Shown: positions 15,745 through 29,160, counted from the first letter of the stretch. The stretch is DNA of 64,000 nucleotides from Octopus vulgaris (GCA_951406725.2 OX597814.1:10726001-10790000); one strand, 5' to 3'. Made by a program: numbers and translations. Notes: generated from the letters alone by a model not told the origin.

Positions 15745-16287
15745 TGTCTATTCTCTTTGAGAGAGAGCTAAGACTTTAGAGAAAGACGGATAGTGGGTTT
15801 GTACTTATATTTTTATTTGTTGTGTTAGTTCTGTTTTGTTTTGTTTATTGTTTTTGTTTTGTTTCAGCTAATTAAACCCGCTCCTACCGACCGTTCCGAC
15901 CCCTACATACCCACACAGAGGCACAAACATATTTGATTTGATAGGATTATCTATCAGTGGTACTTAATCTAACACGCTGCATGTGTTTTGGCGTTTGGGT
16001 GTTTCAATTCCTTTCAAAAAAGGTGTCTCGTGTAAGAAGTGACATATCGTAGACCAGCCACACCACAAACGCTACCACCACCACTACCACCACCACCAGC
16101 TCCGCCACCACTGAAACCACTACCGCCATCAGCAGCACCACCAACATCATGCCTATCACCACAATCACGACTGCCACAACCTGCAGTCGAACTACAACGA
16201 GACAGACAGCTAGAGGACATCCACTTAATCGTTTTACAAACAACTGCTTTTATTTATTTCATTATATACATGTGCGCGTGTGCATTT

Positions 16288-16325
<38 letters not shown>

Positions 16326-16491
16326 CATGGATTATACTGCAAAGGTTCACTCGCGGTTAACTACATGTATATACATATGCAAACTCACACATATATAGAC
16401 ACATATATACACTCGGACATACACAAAGTGGGAAAGAGAAAGAGAAAGAGAAAAAATATCTATGTTTCGAAATAGATATATATGTAAGTAG

Positions 16492-16534
<43 letters not shown>

Positions 16535-16580
16535 TACGCAGCCACGCACGCACACACTCACATACACACTCACACATACA

Positions 16581-16886
<306 letters not shown>

Positions 16887-16919
16887 CAGAGAGAGAGAGA
16901 GAGAGAGGAAGAGAGAGAT

Positions 16920-17155
16920 AGGTGTGGATGTAAATGTCTTTAAAGCAAAGTTGGATCTCTTCCTGTCAAGGGTTCCAGACGAGCCTACCTCACGGTAGGA
17001 AACACAGATGAGGGCAGCAGCATCAAACTCCCTCGTTGACCAAATGCCACATATCAGAGGAGGTTTAAAATAATGGTGTAGGTCAGACAACGGCGGTGCT
17101 CCAGCATGACCGCAGCTTTGAAGCTGAAACATTTTAAAGTAAAATAAAATAAAGA
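16920..17155 (+). mobile_element. CR1-like LINE 3' end
   Basis: [32 protein letters not shown]-terminus; 3'UTR GGCGGTGCTCCAGCATGACCGCAG..CTGAAACA plus A-rich tail. Confidence 0.75.
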
Positions 17156-17197
17156 TAGATACATAATACACACATACATGCATATATGTTTGTGTGT

Positions 17198-17311
<114 letters not shown>

Positions 17312-17562
17312 CAGAAATAGAAACAACTAATAAACAATTTTTTTAACGTCTAAAAAAAATACCGATACTGTGTTTATCGACACAAAGAATTCTATTCATC
17401 TGTAATTCAAGCAATATTCATAAGAATATGTTTTTAGGAGGACAATCAAAGTTATTTCTTACAAAACCTATGAAAAGAATTAGAAAGGAAGACTAAATTA
17501 ATAATTAAAGGATTGTTTCGGATTTCGACACAAGAACACCTTTTTATTTATTTATCTCGTCT

Positions 17563-17985
17563 TTTTTCTTTTACTTGTTTCAGTCATTTGACTGCGGCCA
17601 TGTTGGGACATGCCTTGAAGGGTTTTAGTCGAACAAATTGACCCCATGACTTATTTTTTAGAGCTTGTTACTGATTCGATTTTCTCTTTTGCCGAACAGC
17701 TAGATTACGTGGACGTTAGCACACCGCTACCGGTTGTGAAACAGTTGTGGTGGTGGTGGATGGGGGACATACACAGGCACAAAAGCACACACACACACAT
17801 ACATATAGATATATACATTTACGTATATACGACGGGCTTCCTTCAGTTTCCGTCCACCATATACACTCATAATTCTTTGGTCGGCCTGAGGCTGTAGTTG
17901 TAGACACTTGCCTAAAGTGCTACGCAGTAGGACTGAACACAGAACCATGTGATTCGGAAGCAAGCTTCTTACCATACAGCCACTA
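17563..17985 (-). mobile_element. SINE family A (tRNA-derived, CORE-like), diverged
   Basis: Reverse complement aligns end to end with the 21553 copy. Confidence 0.85.
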
Positions 17986-18892
17986 CTGTGTTTTTTTCTA
18001 TTTACTTACTTTTTCTAATTTTTTGGTGAGGAGTAAATCGATGTCATTGACCAGTATCTTATACTTACTTTGTTTTATTGATTCCAGGGTGTTGAAGAAA
18101 GAAGTTGATCACGGCAAAAATTGAACTAAGAACGTACATAACATAAGGCACTTTGTCCGAAGGCTCCAGACGATTCTGCCAGCTCACCACCTACACATCC
18201 ATAAATCAGAGAATACATACAAGGGACCGAAAAGCGCTTCTGTATTAGCTCTCTAAAACAGAGGAACTATCTGATATAGCTCATCAGATATAAAATGTAT
18301 CATTTGATGCTAATTGCCAAAAAGGGCAGCAAGACAGATAAAATCATTTTGATGAATCTTCTTATGGTGATTTGGAAATGTGTTTGTCTTTATACTAAAT
18401 GGTCTTTCGGTACATAAAACTGGAAGTTATGAAACCCAAGAAGTGGAACTGAAAAAGCTGAAATATTTTAAAGTATTAGTTTGGTACATGGGTATTTTAG
18501 AAATGATGAGAATAGTGCCTTATCATCAAAGTAGTTACCTTTAATTTTTTTGTATGTGTACGCTTATGTATGTGTGTGTTTGGGACAGTCGAGCTGAAAG
18601 AGAATGAGAAAGGAAAGGACAGAAACAAGCGAAGCATAACATCATGAAGAGTCTCCACCCTACTAAAAACCACAAATATAATGTGTCCTTAAATTACCTT
18701 TAGAAATTTTGAAATATTCAGGAAAAGAAACATAGAGATGACTCATCGGGTTGCATGCCAACAGTGGCGTCCACATGGAAGTGTTCTGATTTTTCTTATA
18801 ATACTTCATTTGATTGCCTGTTTTACAATAAACTCTACTGAGTTATCCTTTTTGTTTTCTCTGAATTTTCCAAATTCATCTTTTGATTTTTT

Positions 18893-19203
18893 ATTCTTTT
18901 ACTTGTTGCAGTCATTAGACTGTGGCCATGCTGGGGCACCACTTTGAACAATTCTTAGGCGAATGAATCGAACCCATTACTTTTTTTTGTTTTTAAAAGC
19001 TGGTACTTGGTCTATCGGTTGTTTTTGCTGAACTGCTAAGTTACGGGAACATGAACACACCAGCACCAGTTGTCAAGCGTTGGTGGGTGACATGCATATG
19101 CAGAAAGACGCGCGCACACACACACACATACACACACATATGCGGTAGGCTTCTTTCAGTTTCCGTCTATCAAATCCATTCACAAGGCTTTGGTCATCCC
19201 GAG
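18893..19203 (-). mobile_element. SINE family A, 3' part
   Basis: Contains CAGTCATTAGACTGTGGCCATGCTGGGGCACC and TTTCAGTTTCCGTCTATCAAATCC segments. Confidence 0.8.
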
Positions 19204-19299
19204 ACTATGTGTATGTGTATATATATATATATATGTATGTATATATATATGTATGTATATATATGTATATATATATGTATGTATATATATGTATATATG

Positions 19300-19332
<33 letters not shown>

Positions 19333-19392
19333 GTATATATATATATGTATATATATGTATATATACACATATATATATATAAATATACATAC

Positions 19393-19425
<33 letters not shown>

Positions 19426-19434
19426 CACGCATAT

Positions 19435-19465
<31 letters not shown>

Positions 19466-19502
19466 CGCATATACAAATATATATATATATATATACGCAT
19501 AT

Positions 19503-19534
<32 letters not shown>

Positions 19535-19538
<4 letters not shown>

Positions 19539-19909
19539 GAAATGAAGAAAATGCTGACAAAATAATTTAAGTAAGGGAGAGTGTATTTAATTAGGTGAAA
19601 GTTCTTTTTACCGGTTGCGCATTTGTTATGCTTATCAAAAGATATTTTTTAAAGAGAGATAGAGTTCCTTTCTGATAGATTTTTTCTCTTATCTGACTTT
19701 ATGTTGGGTTTGCTGTCTCTTATGTGACATAAGAGACAGCAAACCAAAGTCAGATAAGAGAAAAAATCTATCAGAAAGGAACTCTATCTCTCTTTAAAAA
19801 AGAACTTTCACCTAATTAAATACACTCTCCCTTACTTAAATTATTTTGTCAGCATTTTCTTCATTTCCTTTTTTTATATATCACAACTCGTGTTCCACAT
19901 CTCCTTTTT

Positions 19910-19913
<4 letters not shown>
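19535..19913 (+). mobile_element. (TA)n-embedded fold-back element, family F1 copy 2
   Basis: Palindrome centred at 19726 (TATGT-G-ACATA); same outer ends and tail as the 10857 copy; right arm has an internal deletion. Confidence 0.78.
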
Positions 19914-19959
<46 letters not shown>

Positions 19960-20113
19960 CGACGGGCTATTTTCAGTTTCCGTCTACTAAATCTACTCAC
20001 AAGGCTTTGGTCGGCTCGAGGCTATAGTAGAATACACTTGCCCAAGGTGCTACGCAGTGAGACTGAACCCGGAGCCATGTGCGTCGTAAGCAAGCTACTT
20101 ACCACACAGCCAC

Positions 20114-20116
<3 letters not shown>
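19960..20116 (-). mobile_element. SINE family A, 5' half
   Basis: Reverse complement of GGAGTGGCTGTGTGGTAAGTAGCTTG..CCTTGGGCAAGTG..GTAGACGGAAACTGAAA. Confidence 0.85.
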
Positions 20117-20175
<59 letters not shown>

Positions 20176-20252
20176 GGTGAGAGAGTGAGTGACAACCCTG
20201 ATATATGGAATAAGAGAACGAGGTAGGTAGAGAGAAGGAGACATATGTATAA

Positions 20253-20283
<31 letters not shown>

Positions 20284-20692
20284 ATACATACATACATATG
20301 TAAGTATGTATTTATGTATACACACACATACACAAATATCGCGGTTTGTTTTCCCTTCGGAAGTTGAGGAAAGCCAATTATGAATGATGTAAATAATTGA
20401 ATTAGAAAGACGAAAGAAGAAAAAATGAGAAGGAACGGCATAATTAATTAGATAAGTGGTAACTAGATGTATGTACTAATCGCGTGCATGTAAATGGAAC
20501 TAGCTTAATTAATTGTCTAACAAACGTAGCATTAAATAAGACCTCCCATTGTGAAGAAATGAAAAATTCGTTTGATAAACATTAGCTTTACTTTGTTTAC
20601 TGTTTACAGCGACTGAAAACTGTTTGAAGACAATCTGTTCGAAAAGAGACACACACACATATACACACAGACACACAGACACACAGACACAC

Positions 20693-20745
<53 letters not shown>

Positions 20746-21552
20746 CACACACACTCACATACACACACATACACACGCACACACACACACACTCACATGC
20801 ATACACACACACACACACACACACACGCCCCCCCCACACACACACACAGCTGACCCTACATAGTTATGTAAGGTAAGCAGGGCTGCGTTGTGCAGGGCGC
20901 GTCTTTTATTGTTATTATTTTTATTTGTTACGTTCTTGATTTTTTGTCGTTTTATTTTGTTTTGTTTTGTTTATAATTTATTTTTGGGGGACTGATTGAC
21001 GGTTTGTTGAAGTGAAAGGGTGGATTATTTTTACACTGTTCCTTATTGAATTTGTATAGTAGACTCAATCCGTCACCCTGTTTAACACCACCTACACGAC
21101 ATGACCCTTTGATGCCTTCAGCCGTGTTCAGTCTGCTCTTCCAAGCCTTCGGTCCTAAATCTCCGAGTTCTTTCCTTTTCCCTCACCATCTCCCTAAGCC
21201 CTTCTCTCTTTCTCTCTCATTTCCTTCTCCTCCTCATTCCTCGCTTCACACCAGCGCCAGAGGCCAGAGATCCGACATTAAAATCATGATCACTGCCCTT
21301 TTAATTCTAACTAAGCCGTATTTTAAATTTAAAAAGAAAAGGCAAATTCTTTATTAATTATCTAAGAGCTTGGTACTAATTGATAGCGATTGTTGATGTT
21401 GTTGCTATTGTTTTTTTATATCTTTTTTTCAAACACCAGATCAACTCCGATCGGTCATAGCTATGACAATGGAACGTTCCAAACTTTCGTTTACACATGT
21501 GTCTCTATGCATAGACAAACATGAAAACAACCAGTCCATATATACAGTAATA

Positions 21553-21729
21553 GGCGCAGGAGTGGCGGTGTGGTAAGTAGCTTGTTTACCAACCACATTG
21601 TTCTGGGTTCAGTCCCACTGCGTGGCACCTTGAGCGAGTGTCTTCTACTATAGCCTCGGGCCGACCAAAGCCTTGTGAGTGGATTTGGTAGACGGAAACT
21701 GAAAGAAGACCGTCGTATATATGTATATC

Positions 21730-21769
<40 letters not shown>

Positions 21770-21992
21770 TGTTTGTGTGTCTGAGTTTGTCCCCCTAGCA
21801 TTGCTTGACAACCCATGCTGGTGTGTTTATGTCCCCGTAACTTAGCGGTTCGGCAAAAGAGACCGATAGAATAAGTACTGTGCTTTAAAAGAATAAGTCC
21901 CGGGGTCGAGTTGCTCGATTAAAGGCGGTGCTCCAGCATGGCCGCAGTCAAATGACTGAAACAAGTAAAAGAGTAAAAGTGTAAAGAGAGTA
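21553..21992 (+). mobile_element. SINE family A, full length
   Basis: tRNA-like head (TGGCGGTGTGGTAAG..GGGTTCAGTCCC), CORE-like block, internal (TA)/(TG) tract, tail GGCGGTGCTCCAGCATGGCCGCAGTCAAATGACTGAAACAAGTAAAAGAG. Confidence 0.92.
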
Positions 21993-22031
21993 ATCTAGAC
22001 AAGCAAGCAGAAATAATAATCGCTTGATACA

Positions 22032-22434
22032 GGCGCAGTCGGGGCTGTGTGGTTGTGGTAAGAAGCTTGCATGCCAATCACATGGTCCCGGGTTCAGTCC
22101 TATTCTGTGGTACCTTGCGCAAGCGTCTTCTGCTATAGCCTCGGGTTAACCAAACTGTTGTCAGTGGATTTCACTGACGGAAACTAAGGGAAGCTTGCTG
22201 TACAAACATTAATGTATGTGCGTGTGACTTTGTGTCGGTTGACAACCGATGTTGGTGTGTTGACGTCCCCGTAACTTAGCGGTTAGCAAAAGAGACCGAT
22301 AGGATATTTACCAGGCTTTATAAAAATAAATACTCGGGTCGATTCGTTCTACTAAAATTCTTCAAGTTGGTGCTCCAGCATAGCCGCTGTCTAATGAATG
22401 AAACAAGTAAAATGATAAAAAAATGAATAAAAGA
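22032..22434 (+). mobile_element. SINE family A, diverged full length
   Basis: Colinear with the 21553 copy. Confidence 0.85.
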
Positions 22435-22528
22435 TATATTCAGTAGCACTGACACAAATGACAATTAAGGCACAAATTAACCCCTCGCTCTCTATACCTT
22501 TTTTGTTTTTATATATATTCGCTGTTAG

Positions 22529-22562
<34 letters not shown>

Positions 22563-22777
22563 TGTATGTATGTATGTATGTATGTATGCAATTATGCACT
22601 TTTCCTCCATCATTAGAGCGATTTAGCTCTTATTTCTATCTTGGTAGGCGTTCAAACAACTCCAGTCAATTATAGTTTTCCTTTTTGGTAACACATCGCT
22701 AAACCGCTGCCTGCATTAATTCTATATATATGTATATATATATATGTATATATGTATATATGTATACATATATATAT

Positions 22778-22863
<86 letters not shown>

Positions 22864-22902
22864 GTGTGTGTGTACAAACTGACATACACAAATATGAATG
22901 TT

Positions 22903-22937
<35 letters not shown>

Positions 22938-22938
22938 G

Positions 22939-23393
22939 GGTGCAGCCATGGCTGTGTGATAATAAGCTTGCTTTCCAACCTCATGGTTCTGGTTTCAGAC
23001 CCACACCGTGGCAACTTGGGCAAGTGTCTTCTGCCATAGCCTCGGGCTGACCAAAGTTTTGTGAGTGGATTTGGCAATCGGAACCTGAAAGAAGCCCGTC
23101 GTATATATGTATATATATATATGTGTCTGTGTGTGTGTGTGTGTGCGTGTGTTTGTGTTTGAGAGTGTGTTTGTTTGTGTGTCTGTGTTTCACCTCCCAC
23201 CATCGCTTGACAACCGGTGTTGGTGTGTTAACGTCCTCGTAACTTAGTGATTCAGCAAAAAGAGACCGATAGAATAAGTACCACGCTTACAAAGAAGAAG
23301 TCCTAGAGCCGATTTGTTCGACTAAAGGCGGTGCTCCAGCATGGCCGCAGTCATATGACTGAAACAAGTAAAAGAATAAAAGAATGAAAGAAT
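22939..23393 (+). mobile_element. SINE family A, full length
   Basis: Colinear with the 21553 copy. Confidence 0.88.
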
Positions 23394-24204
23394 ATACATA
23401 CAGTATATATTTACAAATATTCATATATAAATGTGTATGTACATATGTACATGTATATATGTATATGTGTTTGTGTGTGTCTATGTATACATACATACAT
23501 ATATACATACATGATGGTTATCTACTCAATACAGACCTTGACCACTACAGTGTACACGATGCTGAATTCTGGCATGCAGTATGGTTTTATAATATTTACA
23601 TATGTTAGTAGTTATCTATATTTATTTTGTAATGCTAACCATTAACTACTTTAGCTACCAATATCTAGGAGACATTTCAATATTATGTAATCTTTGAATG
23701 TTATTTTGTAATGTCAGGCTTTACAAACACTGATGGTTTCCGATGTCATGTACATATGAATAGCATTAGTAAAACTCCTTCACGAAGATTTCTTGCTAAC
23801 GTCCAACAAAGCACATGAAGGAGAGAAATTTAGATAACCTTTACATAACTAGAGTAGTATTTTAAGCTTTGCCCGAAATTTTTGGCAAGGGGACCAATCG
23901 ATTAGATCGACCCCAGTACGCAACTGGGGTTGCCATAAGGACCGCTGCTATAAGTGTGTGAATCTGAGATGGGAATATGTTGAATAAAATCATAATTAAC
24001 TGATCTTCCAGTATATCGTTTTACTCAAAGCCAGGAACTTCTCAGCATTGACTTGTGAGTATATATATGTGTGTGTGTGCGTGTATATATATATATGTGT
24101 GTATGTGCGTGTATATATATATATGTGTGTGTGCGCGCACGCGATTGTGTGTGTGCGCGCACGCGATTGTGTGTGTGCGCGCGCGTGTGTGTGTGTACAA
24201 GACG

Positions 24205-24267
<63 letters not shown>

Positions 24268-24361
24268 TTATAGAATGGAATTCACAGTGACTGCCCGTCG
24301 TCCGACGATGACTTAGCTGTTATAAATTTCACTGTCAGTAATCTTTTTGTTTAAGAATTTA

Positions 24362-24524
24362 TGCATAGACGTGGCTGTGAGGTAAGAAGCTTGCTCCCTA
24401 ACCACATGGTTCCGCGTTCAGTCCCACCACGTGGCACCTTGGGCAAGTGTCTTCTACTATAGCCTGGGGCCGACCAAGATCTTCTAAGTGAATTTGGTAG
24501 ACAGAAACTGAAAGAAGACTGTCC

Positions 24525-24559
<35 letters not shown>

Positions 24560-24640
24560 GACAGTCTTCTTTCAGTTTCTGTCTACCAAATCCACTTAGA
24601 AGATTTTGGTCGGCCCCAGGCTACAGTAGAAGACACTTGC

Positions 24641-24642
<2 letters not shown>
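24362..24642 (+). mobile_element. SINE family A 5' half with local inverted duplication
   Basis: 24441-24524 is the reverse complement of 24559-24642 (3 mismatches in 84 bp) around a (TA)n spacer. Confidence 0.9.
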
Positions 24643-24675
<33 letters not shown>

Positions 24676-24884
24676 TGTGTGTGTATATGTGTATGTGTGT
24701 GTATTGTGTTAACCAGAGGACTTAGACCTGCAACCACCTATATTATTATTGTTGTTGTTATGAACATTTGTATTGATTCGATAATAATAACAATATTAAT
24801 ATCTATATAATACTTTCACACTGAAGCTATGCACATTTTGGATGCCAGCAGATTTCAACTGGGAGGATGCTTCTAAATGTTAAG

Positions 24885-24935
24885 ATGTACTGAAGAAGGT
24901 AAGAACTTCGTGTCAAACCAGAAACCGGTCCACAT
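24885..24935 (+). ncRNA. Type I hammerhead ribozyme, slightly decayed
   Basis: ATGTA-CTGAAGA-A-GGT(16 nt)ACC-A-GAAA-CCG-GTC-CACAT; intact core, palindromic stem III ACCGGT, GUC site. Lies inside a unit bounded by 34-bp direct repeats (24777-24810 and 25213-25246). Confidence 0.65.
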
Positions 24936-25272
24936 ATATGCCTGTTCCATTAAATATATAGCTTTATTCTATAATTGTATGTGAGAGCTCTCCTTCCGGC
25001 TCGCTCGCGCGTATATTGTTGTATCTGTTATTTTCAGTGTAATTTGTGGGAGGGGGACAAATGAGGGTTTTAACTCTTATTTCTAGCGGGTAGACACTTC
25101 AATGTGTCCTCTGATTAATATAATTTTATTTCCATGGCTATATAGGGCTACTTTAGGCCTGCTACCATCCATATTAGTATTGTTTTTTTTTATATGGACT
25201 ACTTGTTTTGTCTTCGATAATAATAACAATATCAATATCTATATAAATAGTCAATTCTGAATAATTTTGTTG

Positions 25273-25320
<48 letters not shown>

Positions 25321-25324
<4 letters not shown>

Positions 25325-25523
25325 TAATCCAAAAAAGAAACCAAAAACAAAAAAACAACAACGCAAGGACGTGGAACAAATAAAGTATTATTGAACGTTC
25401 AGGAAAGAAGGGAAGAAGGAGGGTTTGACGTTTCGAGCGGAGCTCTTCGTCGGAAACATAGGAGAAGGAAAGATCCCGAGAAGGGAAGACAGGGGAAAAA
25501 ATCGCTAGTGATACAGACGAGGT

Positions 25524-25527
<4 letters not shown>
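25321..25527 (-). mobile_element. Short (TA)n-embedded hammerhead-bearing element, family H1
   Basis: About 205 bp; homologous to 35851-36065 and 42299-42500; (TA)n on both sides. Confidence 0.8.
25423..25457 (-). ncRNA. Minimal type I hammerhead ribozyme (C4 variant)
   Basis: GTTT-CCGACGA-A-GAGC(TCC)GCTC-GAAA-C-GTC-AAAC; perfect stems I and II, palindromic ACGT stem III, GUC site. Confidence 0.75.
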
Positions 25528-25569
<42 letters not shown>

Positions 25570-25573
<4 letters not shown>

Positions 25574-25851
25574 CATGGTCATCAGATAATCCACAGTGGC
25601 TGAGGTTCAAGGACTGCACACCAACAAACAGAAGGAAATCATCAGACAAACAGTTCACCAGCAGATGTTCTCGATTTAAATATAAACTCTGTAGGAATTC
25701 AGTGCTGAAGGCTTTCGAAAGGAGTTCAAGACATTGGATAACAGCAGGATCTGGTTGAGCCAATTGTTCATTGCGTTCGGCAGCAAGGAAGATTTCTTTA
25801 CCAAGAAGGTCAAGAAAATGTTGGAATAATTCAACCAAGTCCAAATTGTCC
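25570..25851 (-). pseudogene. LRRC42: Isolated coding fragment of leucine-rich repeat-containing protein 42
   Basis: DNLDLVELFQHFLDLLGKEIFLAAE..LQSLYL..LNLSHCGLSDDHEI aligns with my recollection of vertebrate LRRC42 (DNVDHIDSLIGFPEQIAEKLFSAAE..LCSLCL..LDLSCCKLGDEHEL). 94 open codons; abuts (TA)n at both ends with no AG/GT splice sites. Confidence 0.78.
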
Positions 25852-25876
<25 letters not shown>

Positions 25877-25893
<17 letters not shown>

Positions 25894-26092
25894 ATGTGTG
25901 TGTCTGTGTTTGACCCCCACCATCGTTTGACATCCGATGTTGACGTGTTTACGTCCCTGTTCGGCAAAAGGAACCAACACAATAAGTACTAGGCTTACAA
26001 AGAATAAGTCGTGGGGGTCGTTTCGTTCGACTAAAGGCGGTGCTCCAGCATGACCGCAGTCAAATGACTGAAACAAGTAAAAATAAAAGAAT
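25877..26092 (+). mobile_element. SINE family A, 3' half
   Basis: Tail matches family A (GGCGGTGCTCCAGCATGACCGCAGTCAAATGACTGAAACAAGT). Confidence 0.85.
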
Positions 26093-27149
26093 GTGTGTGT
26101 GTGTGTATGTACGTACGTGCGTGCGTGTGTGTGTGCGTGCGTGTGTGTGCGCGCACTGGCATAGATACGCATCAATATATATATCCAATTTTCTTTTCTA
26201 GAAATTAGTCTATTTTTTATGCGTATCTAATTAGATTTCATATGTCCTCTCTGCTGAAGCCTGTTTGGTTTAAAAGAATTAAGCCTTGATAAATATCAAA
26301 CGGCAATAGTTAAGTCTCTTTCTCATACTATAATCCGCCATAATCAAATTGTTGACACGGGGCCTGCTTGACACCACTTATAGATCTGAACTATTGTGCT
26401 ACTGGTGACCGGAGTTCAAACCGTGTGTGAAATTTGTTAGATTTTATTTGTCCTGTCACGAAATAAACTGAGTTATTTTTTTGAAAGCAGGTAATTTCAA
26501 AATGAGATTCAGGCTCGGCTGCGTGGTTAAGAAGCTTACATTGCAGCCACGTGGCTTCGGGTTCGGTTCCACTGCGTGGCACCTTGGCTGAGAATTTTCT
26601 ATTTTATCATAGCCCCGGACCGACCAAGGCATTTTGAGTGGATTTGCTAGACGGAGACAGTAGCCAAGTATATGTGCGTGTGTATATGTGTATGTGTATG
26701 TCTTTGTCACACCCACCCACCGTTTGAAACTAGTGTTCTTTTGTTTACAAAACTGGAAGAAACGCTGATGCATTTAGGCCGCCAACCTAAATTAGTTTCT
26801 GTAATTTTGTGGCTTACTTTTCGAGTTTTGAGTTCTAATTCGCAAAGTTGACATTACATATCATTGCTCGCGGGTTGATAATAGAAATACCATTAATGCA
26901 ATAGGCTTCACTCATTCGACTACACATATTTATTCCCTATGAAATTCCTAATCATTGTGACGTCGATAAAATCATCAACAAATAGGTGCACCTGCGAGTT
27001 TACTTGCTCTGATCCAGTAGAGAGAGTGGACAGATATCCAAATTACAACCTAGTTTCTTAAAAATTTAAATAGGCTTGAACAACCTGGAAAATGTAATCC
27101 TTGATGTCGGAGGCCAAAAATTTTCAACTGTTATCAAGGTGCTAAGGGT

Positions 27150-28990
27150 TTTCATTTTAGTGTTTTTGTAGTATATTATTAGTACAATTCTGGGTGTTTT
27201 TTTTGTTTTTTTCTTAGATGAAGAATTTTATGTTATGTAGTAGTCGCAGTGGTGTCCTCAACCAAAATGAGGACTCCGATTAATACATTAACATATTATT
27301 AATGTTAATTTTTCTGTTAGGGTAACACATTTTTTCTTCTGTTAATATCTTTATGATGTGTTCATGTCTTCTATGTAGGCATTTGGTACGTATAATTTAC
27401 GTGTGGTTTGCTATATTGTAATCGATTGAGTATTTGATGCATTTACTGCATGAAACACATGGATATTCAATTATTTTTTTTATACCTAATATAATTATAT
27501 ATTACTATGTATACTGTGAATGAGTGCCTTTTTTTTGTAGAGGATACTAATAATTGCTTCAATATATTTTCTATCATCGTTGATTTTCTTCTTGGGTGTT
27601 TATATATATTATTCAATACTTTTTTCTCCCACTGGATCATCGGTAAAAAGATGCTACTGGATCGTCGGTAAACAAATTTCCTGCTTCTAAGAGTGAAATG
27701 TCTGCATCGTTGGCATCTTCTAAGATATCTATGCCCTCATTGAATAACTATCTCACCGACGAATTTTCATTATTCCAGTGTTATAATGAATTCTACTTTA
27801 GTGTGGTGTAAGCGGTGTTTGTGAGTTTATCGCTGTAAAACCTTTATTAAGTTTAAACTGGTTGATGTTATCTGTCTGAATCCTTATAAATTTTTACAAT
27901 ATACTCATCTTTATGATTACGAATGAATTACGTTCGTCACGTTCCTATATTTAATTACTGTTATGTGTTTAATAATTCCATACGTGTTTAAGTTACGTAG
28001 TAAATAATTTTTCATTGTTGCGCGGATATCTGTTTTTATAGGCATTTATCTTACAGTAAGTTTTTAAGTTATTCGTCAATGTTTGTAACTCTAAGATTTT
28101 CCAAAGCCTTATAGACTAGCTTGATGCAAACTTTTTGTTCTAGTTTGATCAGTAGTACCGGAATTGTATGGCATGCTTAAATCTGAGTAGATCGTATGTT
28201 TGAAGAAAAAGTTGTAGAGATGAAGTGATTTTTCCTTTGTACAGTTTGTCAGGTTTGATATATAGCAGAGTCTAACACATTATGAAAAAGATGTCTGTAT
28301 ATTATCAAGAGCTGTGGATATGTATTATTATATAAACGTTTCTTAGTGATTTATCGGTATCTTTAACTGTAGAGTTTCAGCTTGTGCGTTTTATATATCC
28401 TAAGTTACTGCGAAAATTCATCATTTTATCAGTGTCCTCCGGAATTCTGTCATACATTTTTCGTCTGTTGTTCGTTTGTCTTTTTTTTTTTTTTTCAGTT
28501 TTAACCAGACGTTTTATATCTGTATGTTTGGAGAACAACTTCTTGTAGTTGTTTTGAAAATAACAGTACTTTCATTAAAGTAATGTAATATTATTGAACA
28601 TCTCCGTTAGTACAACGCTTCCCTCTTTAGTATCAGCCAAGTGAAGACATTTATTGGAAATATATACAGTTAACTGGTTAACATTTGTTCAGTAGTTTTT
28701 ACTTATATGATATTTTATGATATTTTATATTCAAATGCTTTTAATCATACTGCTGATTGCTGATTTATACAACGTCTATGTTTATGAAATTGTATTTATC
28801 AGAATTTCTAGATTTTTGCCAGAGTGCTTCGATTTCAAAGCATTTTTTTTTTTCTGTTTTGGTCGTATTTCAATTTATGTGGTAGCTAGTGCAATGGTCA
28901 AAAATGAAATTTGTTCTGATTTCAGTGATGTAATGAGAAGTTAAGGAATTTATTTTCCTGTACTGATCCTCTTACAAACCATAGAGTAAT
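27150..28990 (-). mobile_element. Old decayed L1/Tx1-like LINE fragment
   Basis: Microsatellite-free T-rich block; reverse complement shows remnants resembling ITLLNxD (~28940-28915), DQxKAFD..H (~28865-28820), HLAD (~28648-28632) and LG (~28405) in RT order. Confidence 0.4.
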
Positions 28991-29113
28991 ATAAGAAGGA
29001 ATAAAATGCAACAATTACATCAAACACCACACCTCTACATACGAAAAGGATTACATTGCACGTAAAATATGTTGCGTGAATCAAATACAAACTGCCATAA
29101 AATAGATGAACAC

Positions 29114-29160
<47 letters not shown>

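Noticed and set aside
21553-21625. tRNA-like A/B boxes
   Set aside because: These are SINE heads; there is no complete cloverleaf and they continue into SINE bodies.
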